Source: an uncultured Succiniclasticum sp.
Lineage (GTDB): Bacteria > Bacillota > Negativicutes > Acidaminococcales > Acidaminococcaceae
DNA: 64,000 nucleotides
Direction of reading: 5' to 3'
Assembly (NCBI GenBank): GCA_902801365.1
Contig: CADCHY010000001.1
Coordinates: forward strand, 16,272 to 80,271
A program made the position numbers and the translations under genes. Positions 1 through 9,728 of the stretch are shown here, one piece after another. How positions within the stretch are numbered: the stretch's first letter is position 1; the number at the start of each line of letters is the position of its first letter. Under the pieces are notes generated by a model. The model was given only the letters and a program-made list of their open reading frames with translations, did not search any database and was not told the DNA's origin.

Positions 1-3000
1 CATGGGTTTTCGTTCCGGTTATCTGTACGGCAACATTAACTATGTCACTGCCGGATGTCGCAGCAATTTCTTTCTTTGTATCATCACTCAGATATTTTTT
101 GCCGGTCGGATCCACCTTGCGCGCTTCCAGATACGCTTTATAGGAATTGTCCTTTTTCCGGGCAATATCCTGGCTGGTCACGGAGACTTCACCGGATACC
201 CCGATTTTATCTGTCCCGCTGACATAACTGTGATTTGTGTTTTTCAAATCCGCATAAGCCAGGGCCCCGGTACCGGCAAAGCCGTTTTCCGAGCCAGTAA
301 AACTCAGTGCCACGGCTGCATTCACCTGTGTCAGGGCATCCTCGCCCGCTACTTTCATATCCTTTACGTTAGAATAGGATCCGCCCTGAATACCGCTCTG
401 GATATTATTATCTATTTTACTTACCGCCGCCATGATACCGGCCGCAACTGCCCTTCCGTTGGCAGCAGAATTGGCGTACGCAATATCTACACCGCCGGCA
501 ACCTGTACGTCACCGTCATAGGCGCTGTTGTTGACAGTCGTTTCACCGGTGGAATTTGAAGATGTATCATCAATCAGCAGGGCATGCACGTCACTGCTGC
601 TCTTGTTCAGGGAAAGGCCAAAAGCCACACTGCCATTCGTACCGGTCCCCTGGCTGTCGTTAGTTGTGGCAATACCTAATGCCACAGCCGCTTCCGCTCC
701 TTCTTTGACAGCCTTGTTGTCTATCGTGCCGGCCCCGGTGATCTTCGCATTGATGATGACCGCCTTAACATCACGCTTCAGGTTATTCACGCCCAGCGCA
801 GTACCCAGCGCGCCTTTGTGGGCATTGTTATTGGAAGCTGCCCCCGCTCCACCGGTAAACCAGTTCACGGCAGCCGCCCCTGACCAGGCACCGATAAACA
901 CGTCATCGCTGGCTGCATTCAAAAGTTTGCCTGATCCGGCAGTATTTCCCAGAGTCAGATTCACATTATCAATGATGGCCGCCGTATTGCCGGTCACTTT
1001 GTTCCAGCTGACGCTGCCCGCAACCGCTGCGTTAAAGCTTGAAGCCGACGGATTGTTGTTGGGTGCCTGGATCGGGTTCAGATTACTGAAGTCCCAGGTC
1101 TTTTGGACCTGCACGTTATCAATGTCAAATAATCTGTCCATCACCCCGAAAGGCGTGTTTACAAGAGCTTTTGCGGCATCGGTAACCTGATTGTGCGCAG
1201 TTTCTCCCACCTTACTGAACTTATTAACTGTATCAAATCCGCTGTGGTTCTCGGAATTGGAAGCGCCCTCCAACGCCACGGCGTTAATGGTACCGCCGCT
1301 GTTACCGGTCACATATACATCTTTTGCCGACAGACTGCCTTTGACGGCGTCTGCCGTCTTGAGTCCCATGGCTTCACTCAGCTTGTTGTCGGACAGCTTA
1401 AAATCCGTGCTCATCTTCTTCACGGCAGAACGGTTCGCTGCAAGCTTACGGGCAGCAGCCAGTGTATTCCGGGTCTTAATCCTGTTCTGTTCTTCAGTAT
1501 TTTTCTTTTTAAAATCCTCTGTTTCAGTATCCGTCACAGTATTCACTGCGTCCGTACCATTATCGCCAATGACTGCAATACTGTTCACGCCCAACGCGTT
1601 CAGAGCCACACCCGCTCCTACGGACGCATTAGTCTTGGAGCTGCCCAGGGCCAGGCCCCCGACGATATTGGTTACCGTGCTGTCGTTGTTGGCCGTCAGT
1701 ACCAAAGTTCCTGCGGTGTTTACTGTTGTTTCATCATCCGCCAGCACCAGGCTGTTGATGTCACCGGTCAGGGCATTCAGGCTGCCGGACGCGCTTATCA
1801 TGTTATCCGCCTTGCCTGCGCTTAAGATGATGGCTGTCTGTTTCATCTTATTGGCCGCATTCATGGCAATCTCGCCGCTGTCATCACCGGCATTTTGCGC
1901 TTTCATGGATACATTCCTGCCGGACAGAATCAGGCTGTCCCCGGAAAAATCCTGCACGGCTACGCTGGCGCCTACACCACTGCCGTTGCTTTCGGAAAAG
2001 GCAAAATATTCGCCCCCGTTGCCCGTGGCACTGACGACATTGGTATCCGTCGTGGCATCAACATTAATATTTTTACCTGCGCTGATATCCGCCTTCTCAC
2101 CGATAGATACAATGCCCTTGTTATGCAATGTAGATATATTGAAAGATCCTGCTACTGCCGCCTTGTTTTCGCTGGAGTCTACCATGTAACTGCGGACATA
2201 ATAGTTTGTATAGGACGCAGGACTGAAAATATCTGAAACTTCGTCAATCAGCTTCTGAATCTGTCTGTTAATCGTGCCGGTATGTTTCACCTGGTCATTG
2301 ATGAACGTAAAAAAGGATTTGCCAACATCCGCAAGATCGGCCCGTGCTGTTTCTTCCGAAATAGTACCGTTTTCCGCCTGGGTTTTCAATGTTACTGTCC
2401 TGGAATGCAGATTAGCAAGTTCAGGATAATCGTAGCCAAATTCCTTTAATGCTTTCCACAGACTTTCAATCCGGTCCGGTATAGCTTTAAAGGGTTCCAG
2501 CGGGTCGTAGGTCTGCACTGTTTCCGCTTTCAGATTTACGCTGCCGTTGACAGAATGCAGCGTAACACCGGTATCATGGTTTTCTTTATCATTTTGCAGT
2601 TCCACCGCAGCATCGTTTTCAATTTTGCTGTACAGCACACCGGCAGCCACATCGAATTTGGATGCGGTATTCTGATCCATCTTGTTGGCCACACCCGTCA
2701 CCGAATGGTGCAGGCTGTCCATATGGGTATTAGCAGAAAGGGTTATATCGCCTGCAGGTTTTGCCTCATTCCCCGTTCCTTCCGTGGCGGGACCCGTTGC
2801 TTTTAACATAACACCCGGTGCCACGGTTACGTTGGCGGTATTGCTGTTTTCCACCACGGCTATACCGGCTCCTGCCGTAATATACTTCTGGATATTCTGA
2901 AACGCAGTTTCGAATCCCTGCAGCGCGCCGCCGTTCTGCACTCCCGTCCAGCCGAATTTCGTCTTAATTGCTTCGGCAATTGTATTACCGTTCGTTTTGC

Positions 3001-4876
3001 CGCTAAGACCCCATTTGACATAATCGGCATTACCCACATATGCCGGGTTACCTTCGCCATTGCCGTCAGACGCCTGAATGTGCATATTGGCCACTTCATT
3101 TTCAGCAGCAGACTTAATGGATTTTGCCTCTACGGAGCGCCCTATGTTCACATTGGCAGCTGAATCGTAATCAATGACGGAGACAGCTGTAGAGAAAAAA
3201 GTTTCGTCTGCGCCCGTCACCGATGTTGTAACTTCCATGTCCGTGGTGGAGTGCGCCTCTGCCGTGAAATCCCCCCCGGCTGAAATCCTGGTACTGTTGC
3301 CCTGCGCATCCTTCTTGTCCCTGACATCGATCTGCGCTATATTATCCCCTGTCGCCCAGGCCACGCCGAGATAGATGGCATTGGCGCGTTCAAAGTCATC
3401 TGGCGGAACCGTTTCCGCCTTGGCGAGGATATCCACTTTTGCCTTCGCATTTGCCGCAAGAGATACATCCCCTCTTACAGAGTTAACCGCGCCAGCAACG
3501 TCTACTACCGCTTTGTTTTCAACATCGGCCACTGCAATGGAAGTGACCGGAATAGCGGTAGACGTACCCGCTTCCTTCTTGCCAATTGTTGCGGAGCGGA
3601 TAACAACGCTTACACCTGCATCCGCCTGCAGGGATGCATTCCCGCCGGCGCGGATGTTCCCGTCCTTTGTTACCGTAACAGAAGCGGTGTTCTTTTTTGA
3701 AGCCCAGTCCGCAGTACAGTTGAACCCCAGTTTATTAAACAGGTTCTGGGAAATATCAGTAGGATTAAAGAATTTGTCGATCAGGTTCCATGTTGTGTGG
3801 TCAAAGGTGGACTGGGCGTTTGCCGATACATCTACCATGCCGTCCGACAAAATCTGGCCGGCCACTTCCGCTCTGGCACTGTTGGAAGAATTGCGGATGG
3901 TATCATAAATCTGGGATGAAATCGGTGTTTTGGTAAATTCGCTGACAGACTGGGCCCGGATGATGATATCGCCGTCCTTATCTGTCACTGCATTCAGGTC
4001 GCCGGAAAGTCCTGCTGACGCAGCGGAAGTATTGACTAGTTCATTAAAATTAATACCATTCTGCGAATCCGTGCTCTTCAATGCTTTCAAAACAGCGCCC
4101 TGCGCAATGACGATATCCCCCGCTCCCAGCAGGATACCGCTGCGGGTGTTGATCTTGCCTTCAATTTTGATGCCCTTTTCTGCATCGGAGTTAAACTCCA
4201 GATCCGTCGTTTTCTTAAATTCCCCTTTATCGTCTCTCTTTCCGAAATTCTTCAGGTCTTTATCAAGCTGGTCAGCCAATACATTCGTTTCGCCCCACAG
4301 TTTGTCAAAATAATCGGACGTAGGAGCCAGGGCCGTAAAACTTCCTGCATTGATAACGCCTGAAGGCCCCAGGGTCATGCCGTTAGGGCTGATGAAAAAC
4401 AGGTTGCCGTCAATTTTACCGCTTTTAATGGCATTCACCGTGCCCTTGACATCGATGCGGTTTTGTACCAGATTGACCAAGGTGTTGACATTGGCGGGAT
4501 CGTTTTGCAACTTGAAATACATGTTTGCGATATGGCCGTTGTCAAGACTGAAGCTTTGAAAGCGGCTTACACCAAAGGCGTTGTCAGTAGTTATCTCCTG
4601 TGCATATACATCATACACCCCGGTTTTTGTGTTGAAGACGTTGTTAGTTACACCGCTCTTCGGCGTAATCGTCGTAGCCCACGCGCTCACAGGCAACAGC
4701 AATGCGCCCGCCGCAACAAAGGGAAGCGCCCAGCGGCCGGCCCGGACCAGCGCATGGGCTGACAGGCCTTCCACGATTGTGCGCACGTTATTCTTTCCGC
4801 GGTTTTTCGCAATCTCAGCTACAACCACGTAGCACTTTCTCGCATCGCTCCAGATGATTTTGTATATCTTGTTCAT
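1..4876 (-). CDS. Giant two-partner-secretion exoprotein (TpsA), leukotoxin LktA-family filamentous adhesin; partial, runs off the left edge (at least 1625 aa)
   Basis: Manual translation from ATG 4876 (RBS GAGGGA): MNKIYKIIWSDARKCYVVVAEIAKN (extended signal peptide motif), then TPS-like domain NTLVNLVQNRIDVKGTVNAIKSGKIDGNLFFISPNGMTLGPSGVINAG and many G-x-S/A-V-x-x-N beta-helix repeats. It is absent from the ORF track, consistent with no in-frame stop before the edge. Adjacent to TpsB. Confidence 0.88.
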   Translation of the reverse strand, partial: MNKIYKIIWSDARKCYVVVAEIAKNRGKNNVRTIVEGLSAHALVRAGRWALPFVAAGALLLPVSAWATTITPKSGVTNNVFNTKTGVYDVYAQEITTDNAFGVSRFQSFSLDNGHIANMYFKLQNDPANVNTLVNLVQNRIDVKGTVNAIKSGKIDGNLFFISPNGMTLGPSGVINAGSFTALAPTSDYFDKLWGETNVLADQLDKDLKNFGKRDDKGEFKKTTDLEFNSDAEKGIKIEGKINTRSGILLGAGDIVIAQGAVLKALKSTDSQNGINFNELVNTSAASAGLSGDLNAVTDKDGDIIIRAQSVSEFTKTPISSQIYDTIRNSSNSARAEVAGQILSDGMVDVSANAQSTFDHTTWNLIDKFFNPTDISQNLFNKLGFNCTADWASKKNTASVTVTKDGNIRAGGNASLQADAGVSVVIRSATIGKKEAGTSTAIPVTSIAVADVENKAVVDVAGAVNSVRGDVSLAANAKAKVDILAKAETVPPDDFERANAIYLGVAWATGDNIAQIDVRDKKDAQGNSTRISAGGDFTAEAHSTTDMEVTTSVTGADETFFSTAVSVIDYDSAANVNIGRSVEAKSIKSAAENEVANMHIQASDGNGEGNPAYVGNADYVKWGLSGKTNGNTIAEAIKTKFGWTGVQNGGALQGFETAFQNIQKYITAGAGIAVVENSNTANVTVAPGVMLKATGPATEGTGNEAKPAGDITLSANTHMDSLHHSVTGVANKMDQNTASKFDVAAGVLYSKIENDAAVELQNDKENHDTGVTLHSVNGSVNLKAETVQTYDPLEPFKAIPDRIESLWKALKEFGYDYPELANLHSRTVTLKTQAENGTISEETARADLADVGKSFFTFINDQVKHTGTINRQIQKLIDEVSDIFSPASYTNYYVRSYMVDSSENKAAVAGSFNISTLHNKGIVSIGEKADISAGKNINVDATTDTNVVSATGNGGEYFAFSESNGSGVGASVAVQDFSGDSLILSGRNVSMKAQNAGDDSGEIAMNAANKMKQTAIILSAGKADNMISASGSLNALTGDINSLVLADDETTVNTAGTLVLTANNDSTVTNIVGGLALGSSKTNASVGAGVALNALGVNSIAVIGDNGTDAVNTVTDTETEDFKKKNTEEQNRIKTRNTLAAARKLAANRSAVKKMSTDFKLSDNKLSEAMGLKTADAVKGSLSAKDVYVTGNSGGTINAVALEGASNSENHSGFDTVNKFSKVGETAHNQVTDAAKALVNTPFGVMDRLFDIDNVQVQKTWDFSNLNPIQAPNNNPSASSFNAAVAGSVSWNKVTGNTAAIIDNVNLTLGNTAGSGKLLNAASDDVFIGAWSGAAAVNWFTGGAGAASNNNAHKGALGTALGVNNLKRDVKAVIINAKITGAGTIDNKAVKEGAEAAVALGIATTNDSQGTGTNGSVAFGLSLNKSSSDVHALLIDDTSSNSTGETTVNNSAYDGDVQVAGGVDIAYANSAANGRAVAAGIMAAVSKIDNNIQSGIQGGSYSNVKDMKVAGEDALTQVNAAVALSFTGSENGFAGTGALAYADLKNTNHSYVSGTDKIGVSGEVSVTSQDIARKKDNSYKAYLEARKVDPTGKKYLSDDTKKEIAATSGSDIVNVAVQITGTKTH

Positions 4877-4970
4877 AAACATCCCTCAACCTTGTCACAA
4901 TTAGCAGTTATCTCAACAACGTCATGTCTTTATGTATCTCTGTGCCTGTCCGGTCTCCGGTTCTATTTCA

Positions 4971-6722
4971 TCAGAACGTAGCCGACATTACAAAATCGAA
5001 CCGTGTGTTGCTGACTTTCTTAGTAGTAAACTCGTAATCCCGTTTCAGCGGTATCCCCAGTGTCATGCTGGCATAAACGTTCTTAACCGATGCCGACAGG
5101 CCCAGCCCTGTGGAATAGGCTGAATAGCTGCTGGCATTCAGGTCAATGTCGTCGGAAACCCAGCCGTAATCAAAGAAGGTAAATGCATTGAATCTCTGCT
5201 TTTTATCCAATGGCACCTGGTAGGTCAGGCCCAGAGCTGCCCCCTTGTTGCCGCCGATAAAACTTTCCTCATAGCCCCGCACGCTGCTGGTGCCGCCCAG
5301 GTAGAAGCGGTCTGCCGAAGAACGGTCCTTGTCACCCGCCAGCTGTCCGTCCAACCGCGCAGAGAACATCTGCCCGTGTCTGTACTTTTTCTGATACAGC
5401 ATGTTCAACCGGTAACTGATGTAATTGGTATTTTGTTCCCAATATCCGGAAGCCGTATTTTGAAACCTCGTAATGGGGAAACTGTGCTTGTGATATAAAA
5501 TGCTACTATCCCCGTAATGAGTGAAGGAAATGTACGGGATAAATGTATTACGTTTATCCTCTGTCCAGTAGTCAATGCTCCGCCATTTGGTTTTGGATTT
5601 CTGGTTCATAAACTGCAAGCCCACCTCGTCGCGGCGTTTTTGATCCACCCGCAGAGGATGGCGGATGGTAAGACCCATAGCATAGGCATCGCCTTTTACA
5701 TCCAGAGGTTTTGCTTCGCCTTTGATAATTTTCGTCGTGTTCGTGCTGTAGTCGATATCCAGCCGGGTTCCCATTTTGCTGACAGGTACAGAATAACCCA
5801 GCCCATACAAGTTCGTGCCCTCGCTGCGCAGGTAGTTCAGCCGCAGGCTGTCGCGCATACCTGTCAGACTGCGGATGTTATAGTACAGACCCTGACGGAA
5901 GCGCCCTGAAGTTTCGTATCCGTTGTTGTCCAAAAACACTGTAACGTTCTGGTTCTGTTTCGGTTCGTAGGCCACGATTTCGTAATCCGTGGTTCCGGGC
6001 TCCTTACCCGCATGGACCAGGACGCGCAACTGTACATCATTGGTTCCGTTAAAGCGCTGTAATTGTTTATTCAGGTTGGCCGTATTGGCCACGATGCCGG
6101 GTTTCAGCGGCACGCGGGCGGTCACATACTTTTCCCTGGTATGCTTCAGTCCCTGCAGGGTCACCATTCCGGTTTTGCCTTCCAGCAACTTGATTTGCAC
6201 CACGCCTCCGTGGATACGCTGGGGGGGCAGATACGCTCTGCATACCATAAAGCCTTTATCGCTATACAGATTATTGATGGCCCCTGTAATAGCGTACAGA
6301 TCCTGCAGCGTTACCGTTTTACCCATATAATGTTCCGTAATTTTGTTTAATTCTTCCGCGCTCAGGACCTCGGAAGAGTCAATTTCCACTTTTTCCAATG
6401 TAAAAGAAACTTTGGCAGTGCTTTCATCCGGTTTCTGCGCTTCCATTTCCACCTGCGCCTTCTGCCTCGCCTGGTCTTCCTCCATCTGCCGGGCTACCGC
6501 CTGCCGTTCCAGATATTCCCGGGCCTGGTTCAGCTGCACGCCGGGATCGTTCCGCCCCATATCTGCAGGGGCCGCCGCGCTGGCCGTTGAGATACCCGGC
6601 AAAAATATTCCTTTCCACAGGCCAATACCGTCAGGAATACCTGTCAGTTCAACAGTGGAAGACAAAAGAATCGCACAAGATGTAGTAATGAATACGCATT
6701 TTTTAACAGAAGCATGAGTCAT
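4971..6722 (-). CDS. ShlB/FhaC/HecB-family TpsB outer-membrane secretion protein
   Basis: 583 aa: signal peptide, POTRA-like region (YSDKGFMVCRAYLPPQRIHGGVVQIKLLEGK), loop-6 motif FYLGGTSSVRGY, C-terminal Phe; directly upstream of the TpsA. Confidence 0.93.
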   Translation of the reverse strand: MTHASVKKCVFITTSCAILLSSTVELTGIPDGIGLWKGIFLPGISTASAAAPADMGRNDPGVQLNQAREYLERQAVARQMEEDQARQKAQVEMEAQKPDESTAKVSFTLEKVEIDSSEVLSAEELNKITEHYMGKTVTLQDLYAITGAINNLYSDKGFMVCRAYLPPQRIHGGVVQIKLLEGKTGMVTLQGLKHTREKYVTARVPLKPGIVANTANLNKQLQRFNGTNDVQLRVLVHAGKEPGTTDYEIVAYEPKQNQNVTVFLDNNGYETSGRFRQGLYYNIRSLTGMRDSLRLNYLRSEGTNLYGLGYSVPVSKMGTRLDIDYSTNTTKIIKGEAKPLDVKGDAYAMGLTIRHPLRVDQKRRDEVGLQFMNQKSKTKWRSIDYWTEDKRNTFIPYISFTHYGDSSILYHKHSFPITRFQNTASGYWEQNTNYISYRLNMLYQKKYRHGQMFSARLDGQLAGDKDRSSADRFYLGGTSSVRGYEESFIGGNKGAALGLTYQVPLDKKQRFNAFTFFDYGWVSDDIDLNASSYSAYSTGLGLSASVKNVYASMTLGIPLKRDYEFTTKKVSNTRFDFVMSATF

Positions 6723-6980
6723 GTCATTTTCCTTTCCGGAATTAATATTTCAATTCGATACCACAGTGAAATAATTATAACTTAGGAGATATTATATTGC
6801 CAAAACCGGGCACACTAATCCAATTTTTATTATACCAAATAATCTGTTACAAATGTGTGTCAAAATCCTACTTATTAAATAATTTTTTATTTTTTTTTGT
6901 TAATTTTAACGTATCATTAAACTTCACGCCCTTCATTAATCAAAACAACTCCGTCCGGAGAAAAACGATCAGGGGAAAAC

Positions 6981-7018
6981 AAAAACCGGCCGTACCGCAT
7001 GTTCTGCAATACGACCGG
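6981..7018 (-). terminator. Intrinsic terminator of the folate operon
   Basis: CCGGCCGTACCGCA/TGCAATACGACCGG imperfect stem, followed by a T-run on the minus strand. Confidence 0.6.
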
Positions 7019-7189
7019 CAGAGACAACCTTTTCTGTCAATTTAAAGCGCCGTGCTCATAACAAGTACGGCAAAATGTTACCCCCTTATGATTTCCGCGC
7101 CTGTTTTCCCGGTTCAGTGGCCGGCGCTGCAACGCGGGGAAAACCACCCCGGTTTCATCGTTCTTTCCCCGTCACATCCCCTATAATCT

Positions 7190-7648
7190 TTATTCTCCCT
7201 GCAGTTCCTTTAACAATTGTCCAGCCGTTTTCTTTAATACCGGATGCATTACATCCGGTGCGATTTGCACCAGCGGGCATAACACAAAATTCCGGTTCTG
7301 CATATCCGGATGGGGCACTTTCAACTCCGGCAGATCAATGATCCGGTCGTCATACAACAACAGGTCCAGATCGATATTCCGCTCGCCCCACCGGCGGATA
7401 CGTTTACGGCCCATCTCCCGTTCAGTCTGCAATAAAATCTGCAACAATTCTGCCGGAGATTTATCCGTTTCTATTTCCGCCACAGCATTCAGAAAGTCCG
7501 GCTGGTCCGCTACGCCATAGGGTTCAGTCGCAATAAAACCGGAAACCCGGCAGACCGTTATGCCTTTTTTCGTCAAACGCCGCAGGGCTTCTTTCAGATT
7601 ATTCTCTTTGTCTCCCAGGTTGCTGCCCAGCGCAATATAAATTGCCAT
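7190..7648 (-). CDS. folK: 2-amino-4-hydroxy-6-hydroxymethyldihydropteridine diphosphokinase
   Basis: YIALGSNLGD, FLNAV, RWGERNIDLDLL, PHPDMQNRNFVL motifs. Confidence 0.97.
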   Translation of the reverse strand: MAIYIALGSNLGDKENNLKEALRRLTKKGITVCRVSGFIATEPYGVADQPDFLNAVAEIETDKSPAELLQILLQTEREMGRKRIRRWGERNIDLDLLLYDDRIIDLPELKVPHPDMQNRNFVLCPLVQIAPDVMHPVLKKTAGQLLKELQGE

Positions 7649-7731
7649 AACAATTCCTTCGTCAGATTGCTTCCGTATAACCGCAGAAGCCGCAGCTTAC
7701 AAACAAAATAAAAGTTAAAACGCAAAAAACT

Positions 7732-8928
7732 TTACACCTTCCGGATTGCTTCCAGCATACGGATCAGCCTCACGTTTTCCTTTACGTCATGCACCCGCAC
7801 CAGGCTGGCGCCGGCATACACTGCCGCCGCTGTCACTGCCAGCGTACCTTCCAGCCGTTCTTCAGGGGGAAGAGCCTTGTCTTCACCCAGCACATTACCG
7901 ACTGTAGTCTTGCGTGATGCCGCCATCAGGACTGGATACGCGTTTACGGTAAGGGCGTTCAGGTTCTGTATCAGCCGCAGATTCTGCTCATCGTTTTTGG
8001 CAAAGCCGATGCCCGGGTCCAGAATAATCTTGTCCGGGCCAATCTGCCGTTCCCTCAAAAGCATGGCCCTGCCCAGCAGATATTCCGTCACTTCCTGTAC
8101 CACGTTTTTATATTCGCACCGTTGCTGCATGTTTTTAGGCGTACCCTTGCGATGCATTAAAATGATAGGGGCTTTCGTTTCCGCAACCACATCAGGCGTG
8201 GCATCATCCGCTGTCATGGCGCTGATATCATTGATGATATCGGCCCCATACTCCAGGGCGTCCCTTGCCAGCGAAGACCGGTAAGTATCCACGGAAATAA
8301 CCGCTTCCGGGAATTTCATTTTGACAGCACGGATTGCGGGCAATACCCGGTCCCGTTCTTCCTCTTCCGTAACCGGATCACTGCCGGGCCGGGAGGACTC
8401 CCCTCCGATGTCCAGCACCGATGCGCCTTCAGTCAGCATCCGCTCAGCCTGTTCCAATACGGCGTCGATACCTTTTATCCGGGAATCCGCATAAAAGGAA
8501 TCCGGTGTCACGTTGATAATGCCCATCACTTTTACGGAATCGTAGCGCAGCACGCGTCCGTCTGACAGCAATGTGCATTTGGGAACAGCCGCAAGATACC
8601 GTTCCAGTTCTGCCACAATATCCGGAATGCCAAAATACGGCATCTGCTTCAGTTTATATAGCAGCGTTTTATAATGCTTCCCATTGCCCAGCAGCAGAAT
8701 GTCCACATGGGGAACCGCGCAGGTAATGGTAGTGCCGGGTGTAGCGCAATCCCCGCCTGCCGCCAGCATCTCCTGCTTGATGATATTGGCAGCCGGTGTC
8801 CGCACATGCAGCATCTTTAAGGGTGTAATTTTACCCTTCCCCAGCATAATCGCAACGCTGGGTTTGTATACGCCCAGATGTTCCAGTTCATAACGCAGCG
8901 CGTCCTGATTTATTTCGTACAGCATCAT
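7732..8928 (-). CDS. folP: Dihydropteroate synthase with about 130-aa N-terminal extension
   Basis: VMGIINVTPDSFY, DIGGESSRPG, ILDPGIGFAK, ASRK, RVHDV; the start overlaps the folE2 stop (ATGA). Confidence 0.96.
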   Translation of the reverse strand: MMLYEINQDALRYELEHLGVYKPSVAIMLGKGKITPLKMLHVRTPAANIIKQEMLAAGGDCATPGTTITCAVPHVDILLLGNGKHYKTLLYKLKQMPYFGIPDIVAELERYLAAVPKCTLLSDGRVLRYDSVKVMGIINVTPDSFYADSRIKGIDAVLEQAERMLTEGASVLDIGGESSRPGSDPVTEEEERDRVLPAIRAVKMKFPEAVISVDTYRSSLARDALEYGADIINDISAMTADDATPDVVAETKAPIILMHRKGTPKNMQQRCEYKNVVQEVTEYLLGRAMLLRERQIGPDKIILDPGIGFAKNDEQNLRLIQNLNALTVNAYPVLMAASRKTTVGNVLGEDKALPPEERLEGTLAVTAAAVYAGASLVRVHDVKENVRLIRMLEAIRKV

Positions 8929-9728
8929 TTCCACCCTTTTTCCACGCAGGCAAACGCATTATGATTGTGAATACTTTCAAAGCTCTTTACGGTAGCGCGG
9001 TACCAGGTAATCCGCGGATCCGCCTCCAGGCGCAGGGCAATCTCCCGCACTGCGTCCTCTACAAAACGGGGATTGTTATAGGCTTCTTCCGTCACAAACT
9101 TTTCGTCAGGGCGTTTTAACAATCCGTACACCGGAGCGCTGGCGCCTGCATCAGCCATTTCCGCCAGCTCTTCAATCCAGACAAATTCATTGGCTTCAAT
9201 TTCCAAAGACGCCACAGCCCGCTGGTTATGAGCTCCATAGGCACTGATTTCCCTGGAACAGGGACACAATGTCTGAATGGGTACCTGCACTTCTACCTTT
9301 TGGGTAAAACGGGTTCCTTTTTCCATCGTATACACACAATTCAGATCCATGACAGAACTCAGTCCGCTTACCGGTGCTTCTTTCTGGATAAAATAAGGAA
9401 ATTCCAGTTTCAGGAATGCCCGGTCGGCCAGCAGGCTTTCCTTCAAATCATCCAGCACCTCTTCCAGTGCGGAAAGATTCACGATATCCAGCTTCTGCAG
9501 GCACTGCACAAAACGGCTCATATGAGTACCCCGCAGGTCTTTCGGCAAATCCACCGCCACGGATACCGTGGCCACCGTATGCTGCTCCCCTTTCTGCCGG
9601 TCCCGCAGCACCAGAGGCCAGCGCAGGTCGCTGATGCCTACATGTTTCAGCGGGATATTGCGGCTGTCCTGTTCCGACTGCACATCTTTCAAAAACTGTT
9701 TCTTTTTTTCCAACGCCTCATTCAACAT
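8925..9728 (-). CDS. folE2: GTP cyclohydrolase IB (FolE2/MptA type)
   Basis: RGTHMSRF, TLCPCSREIS..GAHNQR, LLKRPDEKFVTE, NPRFVED, ESIHNHNA. Confidence 0.95.
   Translation of the reverse strand: MLNEALEKKKQFLKDVQSEQDSRNIPLKHVGISDLRWPLVLRDRQKGEQHTVATVSVAVDLPKDLRGTHMSRFVQCLQKLDIVNLSALEEVLDDLKESLLADRAFLKLEFPYFIQKEAPVSGLSSVMDLNCVYTMEKGTRFTQKVEVQVPIQTLCPCSREISAYGAHNQRAVASLEIEANEFVWIEELAEMADAGASAPVYGLLKRPDEKFVTEEAYNNPRFVEDAVREIALRLEADPRITWYRATVKSFESIHNHNAFACVEKGWK

Noticed and set aside
2-4832. Many long plus-strand ORFs (e.g. 528..1190, 1191..2189, 3375..3908)
   Set aside because: Antisense shadows of the TpsA: their Pro/Leu/Thr/Ser-rich composition mirrors its Gly/Asn codons. The same applies to most opposite-strand ORFs over housekeeping genes across the window.
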